From: Salinarchaeum laminariae
GTDB taxonomy: Archaea > Halobacteriota > Halobacteria > Halobacteriales > Salinarchaeaceae
Direction: 5' to 3'
Length of the DNA stretch: 24,000 nt
NCBI RefSeq assembly: GCF_023204835.1
Contig: NZ_CP096270.1
Span: 2,472,907 to 2,496,906, forward strand
Part shown: positions 8,641 through 17,001 of the stretch, piece after piece
How the letters are laid out: the number at the start of each line of letters is the position of its first letter
Numbering within the stretch: position 1 is the first letter of the stretch
Made by a program: the position numbers and the translations under genes
Notes under the pieces: model-generated
The model's database searches: none
Told to the model about the DNA's origin: nothing
The model's input: only the letters and a program-made list of their open reading frames with translations

Positions 8641-11001
8641 ATGGAAGTCGCCGAGGTTCTGCCGAACTTCGCTGACGCGTTCGCGTTCGAGGAGTTCAAC
8701 GCGATGCAGCGAGCGGCGATTCCGGGCATCCTCGAGACCGATCACAACCTCGTCGCGAGCGCGCCGACGGCCAGCGGCAAGACCGCGATCGCAGAGCTGG
8801 CGATCTGCAAGACGCTCGACGCTGGCGGCACGGCGCTGTTCGTCGCGCCGATGCGGGCGCTCACCAACGAGAAAGAACGTGACTGGGAACGCTTCGAGGA
8901 GCTTGGCTACTCGGTCTACGTCGTCACGGGCGAGCGGGATCTGAACCCCCGGCGCGCTCGCCGCGCGGACATCCTCGTCATGACGCCCGAGAAGGTCGAC
9001 TCCGCGACGCGCAAACACGACACCCGCCGGTACGACTTCGTCACCGACGTCGAAACCGTCGTCGTCGACGAGGTGCACCTGCTCGATTCCGAACGCCGCG
9101 GGAGCGCACTCGAAGTCACAGTCTCGCGCCTGCGCCGGCTCTGCGATCCACGGATCGTCGCGCTCTCCGCGACGATGCCGAACGTCGAGGAGGTCGCGGA
9201 GTGGCTCGATGCACCCGACGCGACCACCTTTGACTTCGACGAGGATCACCGTCCCGTCGAACTCAATGCCGACGTCAAGACCTACAGCCACGGCGAGAAC
9301 TCCTTCGCGGACAAATACCGGCGACTCTACCGCGCGCTCGACCTCGCACAGCCACATCTCGAAGAGGACGGACAGTCGCTCGTGTTCGTCGCCTCTCGCC
9401 AGGACACCCAGCGGGCGGCCGCCAAGGCACGCGACGAGCTGGCAGAGCGCGACGTCCGGATCGGCGCGCGAGGGGATTACGATTTCCACACCGAAACCGA
9501 ACGACTCGAGGACGACGAACTCCGGCAGGGCGTCCTCGACGGCGTCGCCTACCACCACGCCGGACTCTCGAAGTCCGACCGGGACCTGATCGAGCAGTGG
9601 TTCCGTGAGGGCCAGATCGAGCTACTGTTCTCGACATCGACGCTGGCGTGGGGCGTCAATCTTCCCGCACGCTGCGTTATCATCCGGGACACGAAATACC
9701 ACGACCCGCTGGAGGGCGAAGTCGAGATGAGCCCGCTCGACGTCCTCCAGATGCTCGGCCGCGCAGGCCGTCCAGGCTACGACGACGTCGGGTACGGCTG
9801 GGTCGTCACGGACCGCTCCGACGCCGACCGCTACAGACGATTGCTCCGCGAGGGCACTGAGATCCACTCGAACCTCTCCAACGACCTCCCCGAACACCTG
9901 CTCGCAGAGGTCTGCGTCGGAACGATCGAATCCCGAGCGGACGCACTGGAGTGGCTCGACACGACCTTCTACGCCGTCCGAGCCGACGGGGTCGCAGCCG
10001 ACGACGGGGCGGACGACTCGAGCGAGGCACTCGCCGGAGAGATCGACGATACGCTCGCTTCGCTCGCGGGGGACGGATTCCTCGACCTCGACGGGCCAGG
10101 CGGGACCGATGGCGTTGCCCCCACTGCGCTGGGCCGCCTCGCCTCCCAGTTCTACCTACGCCTCGAGACGGCCCGTGGGTTCCACGACCTGGCGACCCGC
10201 GATCACGTCGACGAGGCCGGGATTCTCCGGGCGGTCGCAACCGCCGTCGAGTTCGACGACGTCGCCGCACGGAGCGACGAGGCCGACGCCATCGACGCAG
10301 TGCTCGGCGAGCGAGGGACGGATCTCCCCGACGGCCAGCGGAAGATTCTCGCGATCCTCCGGGCGGCAGTCTCCGGCGCTACCCCAGCTTCGCTCCGCTC
10401 GGACGCGTGGATCATTCGCCAGAACGCACTCCGGATGCTCGCTGCACTCGGTGCCGTCCTCGAGGAGTTCGCTGGCCCCGAAGCGGCAAACGAGTGCTGT
10501 CGGCTGGAGGCCCGGATCGAACACGGCGTCGGTCCAGACGCCGCGGCGATGACCGCCATCGACGGCGTCGGAGAGGGGCGCGCCCAGTCGCTGGCCAAGG
10601 CCGGCTTCGACTCGCCGGTAGACGTGGCTGGCGCATCGCCAACGACGATCGCCGCCGCGGGCGTCGGTGACGGCGTCGCCGAGCGAATCGTCGAAGCCGC
10701 GGCGGCGCTTCCACGAATCGAAATCGAGTGGGGGGAGCTCCCGAGTTCGATCGCTGCGGGCGAGCGGACCTTCTGCGAGGCGACGATCCGCAACCGTGGC
10801 GGCGGAGCACAGGCGGGTGTTCGCGTGACCGTCAACGACGTGGAGATGACGGCCGACGAGACCTACCTCAGCGACGCAACGACGGTCCCGGTCGCCTGCT
10901 TCGGTGCCGACGCCAACGAGCTCGAACTCCGGATCCAGGTCGTCTTCCCGGAACTCCCCATCGACCCGATCGTCGAAACGCGAACCGTCTCCGTCGAGTG
11001 A
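8641..11001 (+). CDS. Ski2-like superfamily-2 helicase (Hel308/Brr2/ASCC3-like) with Sec63-like C-terminal module
   Basis: 786 aa. It has the 'FNAMQ' Q-motif, motif I 'APTASGKT', motif II 'VVDEVHLL' (DEVH box), motif III 'SATMPN' and motif VI 'QMLGRAGRPGYD'. A helical/HhH region follows ('IDGVGEGRAQSLAKAGFDSPVDVA'). The final ~90 aa look like a beta-sandwich (IEIEWGELP...VRVTVNDVEM...LELRIQVVFP). Confidence 0.85.
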   Translation: MEVAEVLPNFADAFAFEEFNAMQRAAIPGILETDHNLVASAPTASGKTAIAELAICKTLDAGGTALFVAPMRALTNEKERDWERFEELGYSVYVVTGERDLNPRRARRADILVMTPEKVDSATRKHDTRRYDFVTDVETVVVDEVHLLDSERRGSALEVTVSRLRRLCDPRIVALSATMPNVEEVAEWLDAPDATTFDFDEDHRPVELNADVKTYSHGENSFADKYRRLYRALDLAQPHLEEDGQSLVFVASRQDTQRAAAKARDELAERDVRIGARGDYDFHTETERLEDDELRQGVLDGVAYHHAGLSKSDRDLIEQWFREGQIELLFSTSTLAWGVNLPARCVIIRDTKYHDPLEGEVEMSPLDVLQMLGRAGRPGYDDVGYGWVVTDRSDADRYRRLLREGTEIHSNLSNDLPEHLLAEVCVGTIESRADALEWLDTTFYAVRADGVAADDGADDSSEALAGEIDDTLASLAGDGFLDLDGPGGTDGVAPTALGRLASQFYLRLETARGFHDLATRDHVDEAGILRAVATAVEFDDVAARSDEADAIDAVLGERGTDLPDGQRKILAILRAAVSGATPASLRSDAWIIRQNALRMLAALGAVLEEFAGPEAANECCRLEARIEHGVGPDAAAMTAIDGVGEGRAQSLAKAGFDSPVDVAGASPTTIAAAGVGDGVAERIVEAAAALPRIEIEWGELPSSIAAGERTFCEATIRNRGGGAQAGVRVTVNDVEMTADETYLSDATTVPVACFGADANELELRIQVVFPELPIDPIVETRTVSVE

Positions 11002-11170
11002 GGCCCAAGGCGAGTCCCACTCCGTGGCCAGACTGTCGTCCACACCGGTTCAGATCGAGCAGTTTCCTCGGAGTTTGGCGCGCTCGAATCGGGCGCGATA
11101 CCGTGCCCTGAACCCTCCCCCGCTCGCCGCCACCAGACGCCCTTAGTGTCCAGACGGCGTTCGAAGTATC

Positions 11171-11842
11171 ATGAGCGATCCCCACGGAGAAGCGGACGTC
11201 GTGACGGCGGGCGCGGACCTCGAGGACGCGTCTATCGCCGTCGTAGCGGTCCACGGTCGCGGTGCCACGGCACGCAGCGTCGTCCAACTGGTCGAACAGG
11301 CGGCCAAGCGCAGTGGCGCCGACGAGCCCGCAGTTCTCGCCCCACAGGCGACCAGAAACACCTGGTACCCGAACTCGTTTCTGGCGCCGATCGACGCCAA
11401 CGAGCCCCACCTCACGAGCGCCCTGGACCTGCTCGGACGCGTCGTCGATCGTGCAGCCGACGCCGTCGGCCGCGACCACGTGATCCTCCTCGGGTTCTCA
11501 CAGGGCGCCTGCCTCTCCAGCGAGTTCCTCGCTCGGAACCCCGCCAGCTACGGTGGGCTGGCTGGACTCTCTGGCGGACGAATCGGTCCGGAGGGTATCG
11601 AGTGGGACGAAGAAGCGACGCTGGCGGAGGCCAACGCCGATCTCGACGACACGCCGATCTTCCTCGGCTGTAGCGACGTCGATCCGCACATCCCCGAGGA
11701 TCGCGTCCACGCGACCGCGGAGTCCCTGAACACCCTCGGTGGGGACGTAACCGTCGAGATCTACCTGGGAATGGGCCATACGGTCAACGATGACGAACTC
11801 GACCACGTCGGACGACTGCTGAAGGGCGCTGGTGCCGACTGA
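11171..11842 (+). CDS. alpha/beta hydrolase, phospholipase/carboxylesterase family
   Basis: 223 aa. It has the nucleophile elbow 'GFSQGA', a later 'CSDVDPHIP' (Asp) and 'GMGHTV' (His). This order is typical of the Abhydrolase_2 / carboxylesterase fold. Confidence 0.75.
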   Translation: MSDPHGEADVVTAGADLEDASIAVVAVHGRGATARSVVQLVEQAAKRSGADEPAVLAPQATRNTWYPNSFLAPIDANEPHLTSALDLLGRVVDRAADAVGRDHVILLGFSQGACLSSEFLARNPASYGGLAGLSGGRIGPEGIEWDEEATLAEANADLDDTPIFLGCSDVDPHIPEDRVHATAESLNTLGGDVTVEIYLGMGHTVNDDELDHVGRLLKGAGAD

Positions 11843-12039
11843 GGGCACGCATGATCTCGTTACTCTCGACACGGCTGGAGTTACCGCTCACGTCGTGGAG
11901 GATCGCAGGCTGCGCGGAGATGGACGATCGGCTCGTTACCGAGGATCCCGTCGTGCGGAGCGACTGGAATGGTGGCGTTGTCCCAGGGTTCGGGACTACT
12001 ATTTAACGGCGCCGAACCCCCCGATCCAGACGAAACCCG

Positions 12040-12864
12040 ATGTCGACAGCAACCAATCCCATGGCGGCGGCGTTCGAACTGCAACGACGGTCGATCGAGT
12101 TCGGGGAACGACTGTTCGAGCAGCTGCTCACGGCACAGCGAGACACCATGCAGACGACGATGCACAATGGATTCGCGATGCAGCGAGAAGCCCAGGAGCA
12201 GGGAGCCGAACTCGCTCGGCGACTCTTTCACGCGCAGACGGACGCGGTCCAGGCCACGGTGAACGGCGACGAGTTCCGCGCGATCGTCGACCGCCAGTTC
12301 GAAGCCTACGACGACGAGGGCGCTGCAGCGATGGAGGCGTTCGAAAACGCGTTCCTCGACGCGTTCGAGGACCTCACCGCTCAGCAGCGCGATCTTGTCG
12401 TCGAATCAGTCGATTCGGCCTTAGACGCCCACGCTACCGTCGAAAAGCAGGCCATCGAAAGCGCCGGTCGGACTCGTGACGTCGCCAAGACAGCCCAGCG
12501 GCAGGGCGAGGAGTTTGCATCAGAGACGGTGACAGCAACCGAACAGGGGCTGGAGGCTGCGGACGAGGGGGGCGCCGTCCATGGACAGACCCGCGGTGCG
12601 CAGCAGGCCAGAACGACGCATCACGATGACGCACAGAACGACAGCGGTCACGCACGACAGGAAGGAGGGCATACGCAACAAGAGACGATCGAGCAGCTCG
12701 AAGTGATCGACGGACTCGGCCCGACGTACGCTGAACGGCTCTACGAGGGCGGCATTCACTCGATGACGGAACTCGCAGACGCAGCTGCGGAGACGATCGC
12801 GGACGAAGCTGACGTCGCGACGAGCCGAGCCGAGGAGTGGATCGAGGTGGCCCAGTCCACGTAG
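12040..12864 (+). CDS. hypothetical helical protein with C-terminal helix-hairpin-helix (DUF4332-like) motif
   Basis: 274 aa with an ATG start. The N-terminal half is helical and Q/E/A-rich, followed by a His/Gln-rich linker (TTHHDDAQNDSGHARQEGGHTQQE). The C-terminal 'VIDGLGPTYAERLYEGGIHSMTELA' is an HhH-type pattern. A TATTTAA box lies at 12000-12006, 34-40 nt upstream. Confidence 0.6.
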   Translation: MSTATNPMAAAFELQRRSIEFGERLFEQLLTAQRDTMQTTMHNGFAMQREAQEQGAELARRLFHAQTDAVQATVNGDEFRAIVDRQFEAYDDEGAAAMEAFENAFLDAFEDLTAQQRDLVVESVDSALDAHATVEKQAIESAGRTRDVAKTAQRQGEEFASETVTATEQGLEAADEGGAVHGQTRGAQQARTTHHDDAQNDSGHARQEGGHTQQETIEQLEVIDGLGPTYAERLYEGGIHSMTELADAAAETIADEADVATSRAEEWIEVAQST

Positions 12865-12886
12865 TGACTGGCGCAGGCGGCAGCCG

Positions 12887-13543
12887 TTACTGATCGCCGC
12901 CGAACTCGCGGTCGTTTTGAATCTTCGAGGCCTGCGGACCGCTCTGACCCTGGTACTTCGAGCCACGCTCCTTGCCGTAGGGCCGTTCCGCCGCCGAGCT
13001 GAGTTTGGTGAAGGTCAGCTGGGAGATTCGCATGTCCGGCGTCAATGCCACGGGTGCAGTGCCGAGATTCGACAGTTCGAGCGTTATCTGGCCCTCGTAT
13101 CCAGGATCGACGATGCCCGCGGTCGCGTGGACGACGATCGCAAGGCGCCCGAGAGAGGACCGGCCCTCGACGTGTGCGATGAGGTCGTCGGGGATCGCGA
13201 CCCGCTCCTTCGTCGTCGCGAGCACGAAATCTCCCGGGTGTAAAATGAACTCGTCGTCGATGGTATCGGTCTGCTCGTCGGTCTCGTCGGCGACGTCCTG
13301 GAGCGTTTTCTGGCCCGATCCGCTGGAGCCGGGAATCGTCGTTCGCTCGGTGTAGTCCGCGGCCACCGATCCCTGATCCGGTCGGATACAGGGAATGTTC
13401 GACTGCCGGAAGGTGAGGAACTCACGGCCCAGGCGCATGTCGACGCTCGCCGGCTGAATCTGCATGTCGGGGTCGTCGAGCGGCTCGATCAGGAGTTCGC
13501 CGTCCTGTAGCCGACGACGGATGTCCCGGTCCGAGAGGATCAT
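12887..13543 (-). CDS. dcd: dCTP deaminase
   Basis: The ATG at 13543 gives [24 protein letters not shown]...[10 protein letters not shown] and '...[36 protein letters not shown]', the dCTP deaminase/dUTPase-fold signatures. The track start at 13642 adds 33 non-homologous aa. An acidic insertion ([27 protein letters not shown]) sits in the middle. Confidence 0.88.
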   Translation of the reverse strand: MILSDRDIRRRLQDGELLIEPLDDPDMQIQPASVDMRLGREFLTFRQSNIPCIRPDQGSVAADYTERTTIPGSSGSGQKTLQDVADETDEQTDTIDDEFILHPGDFVLATTKERVAIPDDLIAHVEGRSSLGRLAIVVHATAGIVDPGYEGQITLELSNLGTAPVALTPDMRISQLTFTKLSSAAERPYGKERGSKYQGQSGPQASKIQNDREFGGDQ

Positions 13544-13634
13544 ACCTGTCGTCTGCGCGGCGGTCGGCGTAAATGGTGCGGTCTGGCGCGGTTTTGGCCA
13601 ACCGTCGGCGGCGGCTGGATCGAGTGGCCTGGCA

Positions 13635-14501
13635 CTATACACTCATCAAGAGTGTGATCACCCAGAAGACGGCGGCGACGACCCCGGCCTTCTGTCTGTC
13701 GAGATCGTGCAGCCCGCGCAATCCACCGTACCAGACTGCGGCCTGCCAGGTCGTCCCGACGACCGCCAACACGAGGAGGATCGGCTCGACCGATGCCAGT
13801 GCGGCCTCGATCGCCGCTTGCGTCGTTTCTGGATCCTCTAACGTTAGATCCTCGGATCGGAGTGCGTACGCTATCACGGCCACCGTCGGGAGCGTCGCAA
13901 CCGCAGACGGAACCCCGCTCCAGGCTGCGATCGCGAACGTGTCGCTCATGTCAGCTACGCCATCGGCGACCTTCGCGCCGACGTGCAACAGAATGGCTCC
14001 GACGGCCCACGCGAGCATCCAGCCGATGAAGGCGTAGACGGCGACCTCGTTGAATGCCTCCCGAACCATCGGCCCAGGGTCGCGCTCGACCGTCGCAGGT
14101 TCGTCACACGGATCGTGGCCCTCCGGTCCACTTGGGAACGATCCGTCGTTTATCTCACAGAACTGATCGCCCGGGTAGGCGGGGTTATCGACCGTGACGG
14201 TCTCGGAAAACTGCGAGGCGAACTCCACGCCGAGCGCGTAGACCGCGATCGCCAGCAGGAGAGCCGACCCAACCGCGACGCCGACCGCGACCGCGGGGGA
14301 ACGGGCCCACCTGGGCGCGTCCGAGAAGAACGTGACCGGACGGTGGAACGGCGTCGGCGGAAGCACGTTTCCAGCAATCACGGCGCGCACCAAGTGTTTG
14401 GTGCTTCTCGTTGTCGTCGGAATGAAGTGGGTCAGAGTGGAAAGGATCGGATCCTGGGGGTCGTAGCCACCCGTCTGAATTCGCCCTGTCCCTATCGCCA
14501 A
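13635..14501 (-). CDS. Yip1-domain-like polytopic membrane protein
   Basis: 288-aa ORF whose only upstream start is the TTG at 14501, so the start is uncertain. A TM helix follows '[12 protein letters not shown]', then a soluble loop and about four C-terminal TM helices. This matches the haloarchaeal Yip1-family proteins I recognise. Confidence 0.55.
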   Translation of the reverse strand: MAIGTGRIQTGGYDPQDPILSTLTHFIPTTTRSTKHLVRAVIAGNVLPPTPFHRPVTFFSDAPRWARSPAVAVGVAVGSALLLAIAVYALGVEFASQFSETVTVDNPAYPGDQFCEINDGSFPSGPEGHDPCDEPATVERDPGPMVREAFNEVAVYAFIGWMLAWAVGAILLHVGAKVADGVADMSDTFAIAAWSGVPSAVATLPTVAVIAYALRSEDLTLEDPETTQAAIEAALASVEPILLVLAVVGTTWQAAVWYGGLRGLHDLDRQKAGVVAAVFWVITLLMSV

Positions 14502-14890
14502 GCCGACGATCCGCCACCGGTGACGCTGTCGTTCGCTTTCGTCAGCGACGAAGATGTCGGCGACGACGGGCTACGGGCGGTGGCGATGCGAAGACCCTCC
14601 GGAACGCCCAGATTCCGACTGTCGAGTGTGCGCTGAGCACCGACACCGTCCACGCCGTGGACGAGTACACGACAATCGACGCACTCGTCGGCAACGGCAC
14701 GATCAACGCGAGACTCCCGGTGATCTGGAACGCCGCGGTCGGCATGGTCTATCCCGTTTGCCGCGTCAAGCTGAGTTCGTTCTGACTACCTGGGTGAGGG
14801 GGTAGAGTGTGGCCGAAGCTGTACAGTGGGCCTACGGGGTGCAGAATGATGGAGGGGTAGAACGGGTTCGGTGTGTAGATTACCACAATC

Positions 14891-14914
14891 TTGGAACTGA
14901 CGCACAATATTAAG
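14891..14914 (+). promoter_or_regulatory. 24-nt conserved motif copy 1 (TTGGAACTGACGCACAATATTAAG), 31 nt upstream of the TusA-like ATG
   Basis: 19 of 24 positions are identical to 21770-21793. It contains the CGCACAA core and an A/T-rich 3' half at TATA-box distance from the ATG. Confidence 0.5.
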
Positions 14915-14944
14915 AGCCCGGACGTCGTAGCTGCACCTGTGACA

Positions 14945-15187
14945 ATGCCGAGTCCAGACATCGATCCGGCGACGATCGTGGATGCACGGGGAGCAAGCTG
15001 CCCGGGACCCCTGATGGACCTGATTGGGGCGATCCGTGGCATCGACTCGGAAGCCGTCGTCAAGCTTCTGAGCGACAACGAGCAGTCGCTGACCGACGTG
15101 CCGGAGTGGGCCGAAGAGTCCGGCAACGAGGTGCTCGAGGTCGAGGGGGCCGAGGACCACTACGCGATCTACGTACAGAAAGCATGA
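14945..15187 (+). CDS. TusA-like sulfur-carrier protein (SirA/YedF/YeeD family)
   Basis: The ATG at 14945 gives MPSPDIDPATIVDARGASCPGPLMDLIGAIRG..., with the CPxP active-site motif. The track start at 14891 is a TTG. The stop TGA (15185-15187) overlaps the next ATG (15184-15186) as ATGA. Confidence 0.8.
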   Translation: MPSPDIDPATIVDARGASCPGPLMDLIGAIRGIDSEAVVKLLSDNEQSLTDVPEWAEESGNEVLEVEGAEDHYAIYVQKA

Positions 15188-16329
15188 CCGAGCACGTCGT
15201 CATCGTCGGCGCGGGGACCGGGGGGACCGTCCTCGCCAACGACCTCGCCGATCGACTCGAACGGGAGATCGACGCTGGTGACGTCGAGGTCACCCTCTAC
15301 AACGACGATCCCGACCACGTCTACAAACCGGTCTGGCTGTACGTCCCCTTCGGACTCCGCGAACCCGAGGACGGCCGGCGGGCCCTCTCGGACCTCGTGG
15401 ACGACCGGATCGACCTCCGGATCGACCGGATCACCGACCTGGACAGCGACGCGAAAGAACTGCGGACTCGCGACGGCGCCGGAACGGTGCGCTACGACCA
15501 CCTCGTGCTCGCGACCGGCTCGACGCTCGCGCCAGAGACCGTGCCGGGGCTCGCGGAGGCCGGGCACGACTTCTACAGCGAGGACGGGGCCGAGGCGCTC
15601 CGCGAGGACCTCCTCGCCTTCGAGGAGGGGCGGGTCGTCCTCAGCGTCGTCGGGTCGCCACACATGTGCCCAGCGGCGCCCCTGGAGTTCGCGTTCATGG
15701 TCGACGACTGGTTCCGGAAGCGTGGGCTGCGCGACGACGTCGAGGTCGTCTACACCTACCCGATCCAGCGCGTCCACGGGAACCCGCACATCGCCGAGTG
15801 GGCCGAGCCGATCATGAAAGAGCGCGGGATCGAGGTGCACACGTTCGTCAACGCCGAGGAGATCGATCCCGACGCGGAGACCATCGAGACGATGGAGGGG
15901 GACTCCATCGACTACGACCTTCTCGTCACGATCCCACCCCATGCAGGCGTGGACCTGATCGCCGAGGCGGGCCTCGGCGACGAGGGTTGGGTCGACGTCG
16001 ACAGCCACACGCTCGAAGCCACGGCCGCCGAGGACGTCTACGCACTCGGCGACACCGCCGACACTGGCGTCCCGAAAGCGGGCAGCGTTGCCCACTACCA
16101 GGCCGGCGTCGTCGCCCAGCGGATCGCCAGCGACGTCAGGGGCCGCCCGGCGACGGCGACCTACGACGGCAAGACGCTGTGCTTCATCGAGACCGGCATG
16201 GACGAGGCCAGCTTCGTCGAGTTCGACTACGAGACCCCGCCGTCGCCCGCGCCGCCCTCGACGGCGCTGCACTGGTCGAAGCTGTCGTACAACGAGTCCT
16301 ACTGGCTCACCGCGCGGGGGCTACTGTAG
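15184..16329 (+). CDS. sulfide:quinone oxidoreductase-like FAD-dependent oxidoreductase
   Basis: The ATG at 15184 gives MTEHVVIVGAGTGGTVLAN (FAD GxGxxG). 'HVYKPVWLYVPFG', 'PHMCPAAPLEFAF' and 'KTLCFIETG' place two Cys where SQR-type flavoproteins carry redox cysteines. 'YALGDTA' is the second FAD motif. The track start at 15106 is a GTG inside the TusA gene. Confidence 0.72.
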   Translation: MTEHVVIVGAGTGGTVLANDLADRLEREIDAGDVEVTLYNDDPDHVYKPVWLYVPFGLREPEDGRRALSDLVDDRIDLRIDRITDLDSDAKELRTRDGAGTVRYDHLVLATGSTLAPETVPGLAEAGHDFYSEDGAEALREDLLAFEEGRVVLSVVGSPHMCPAAPLEFAFMVDDWFRKRGLRDDVEVVYTYPIQRVHGNPHIAEWAEPIMKERGIEVHTFVNAEEIDPDAETIETMEGDSIDYDLLVTIPPHAGVDLIAEAGLGDEGWVDVDSHTLEATAAEDVYALGDTADTGVPKAGSVAHYQAGVVAQRIASDVRGRPATATYDGKTLCFIETGMDEASFVEFDYETPPSPAPPSTALHWSKLSYNESYWLTARGLL

Positions 16330-16332
16330 ATC

Positions 16333-17001
16333 ATGACCGAGAACGATCCAGAAATCGCCGACGGCGGCGTCGCGGAAGGCGCCGAGGCAGGCCAAAGCGA
16401 CGCCCTCGAAGCCGCGATCGCGGAGAACCCCGAGGCGGTCGCCGAGTTCGTCCGCCGGCTCGACGCCGTCAACGAACTGCTCGACGTCGTCGCGCTCGGC
16501 GAGAGCGCGATGACCGACGAGATGGTCACCGAACTCGCCGGAACGGGCGCCACGCTCGCGGAGTCCGCCGACGGCCTCGCGACTGAGGAAACCGTCGCAC
16601 TCGCCGAAACCGTCGGCGACAACGGCGAGGAACTCGGGGACGCGCTGGAGACAATGCTCGAACTCCAGCGGGCGGGCACGCTCGACGACCTCGCGGAGCT
16701 GGCGTCGATCGCCTCGCTGGCCACCGCCGCGCTCGACGACGAGATGGTCCGCTCGCTCGCGGCGATGGGCGGATCGCTGGGCGAGGTCGCCGACACGGCT
16801 GCGGCGCCGGACACCAGAGACGGCATCGAGACGATGCTCGAGGGGATCGGCGAGGCCCAGCGCGCGGAGCCCGAACCCGTCGGCGCGATCGGGATGGCGA
16901 GGGCGATGCGCGACCCCGAAGTGAAGTACGGGCTGGGCTACGTGCTAGCCATGGCACGAGCGATCGGTCGAGCACGCGCAGCGGACGCATCGTCGCAATG
17001 A
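16333..17001 (+). CDS. DUF1641-domain protein (frequent partner of SQR/NDH-2-like flavoproteins)
   Basis: The ORF starts 3 nt after the SQR stop. It is an acidic helical protein ending in 'GAIGMARAMRDPEVKYGLGYVLAMARAIG', the DUF1641 C-terminal signature as I recall it. Its stop overlaps the next ATG (ATGA at 16998-17001). Confidence 0.72.
   Translation: MTENDPEIADGGVAEGAEAGQSDALEAAIAENPEAVAEFVRRLDAVNELLDVVALGESAMTDEMVTELAGTGATLAESADGLATEETVALAETVGDNGEELGDALETMLELQRAGTLDDLAELASIASLATAALDDEMVRSLAAMGGSLGEVADTAAAPDTRDGIETMLEGIGEAQRAEPEPVGAIGMARAMRDPEVKYGLGYVLAMARAIGRARAADASSQ

Noticed and set aside
11851-12006. A 52-codon plus-strand ORF (MISLLSTRLELPLTSWRIAGCAEMDDRLVTEDPVVRSDWNGGVVPGFGTTI*) between the hydrolase and HhH-protein genes.
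   Set aside because: It has moderate GC3 only, no recognisable motif, and its stop coincides with the TATTTAA box I assign to the downstream gene. It might be a real micro-protein, but the sequence alone does not support it.
13258-13340. An acidic ~27-aa insertion ([27 protein letters not shown]) in dCTP deaminase, considered as a possible unusual domain or intein remnant.
   Set aside because: It is too short and low-complexity for an intein or domain. Acidic surface-loop insertions are common in haloarchaeal orthologues.
14542-14745. A 67-aa minus-strand ORF with an ATG (MPTAAFQITGSLALIVPLPTSASIVVYSS...RRRRHLRR).
   Set aside because: It is S/T/A/V-rich with a poly-Arg tail, has no upstream TATA-like element, and shares wobble positions with a more protein-like plus-strand reading. 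It is not called as a gene, and is kept only as an alternative in the 14554-14785 finding.
14796-14862. A G-rich near-repeat, 'gagggggtagag' (14796-14807) and 'ggaggggtagaa' (14851-14862), upstream of the TusA-1 promoter motif.
   Set aside because: It is a short, low-complexity, imperfect match with no counterpart in the second sulfur promoter. That is insufficient to call a site.
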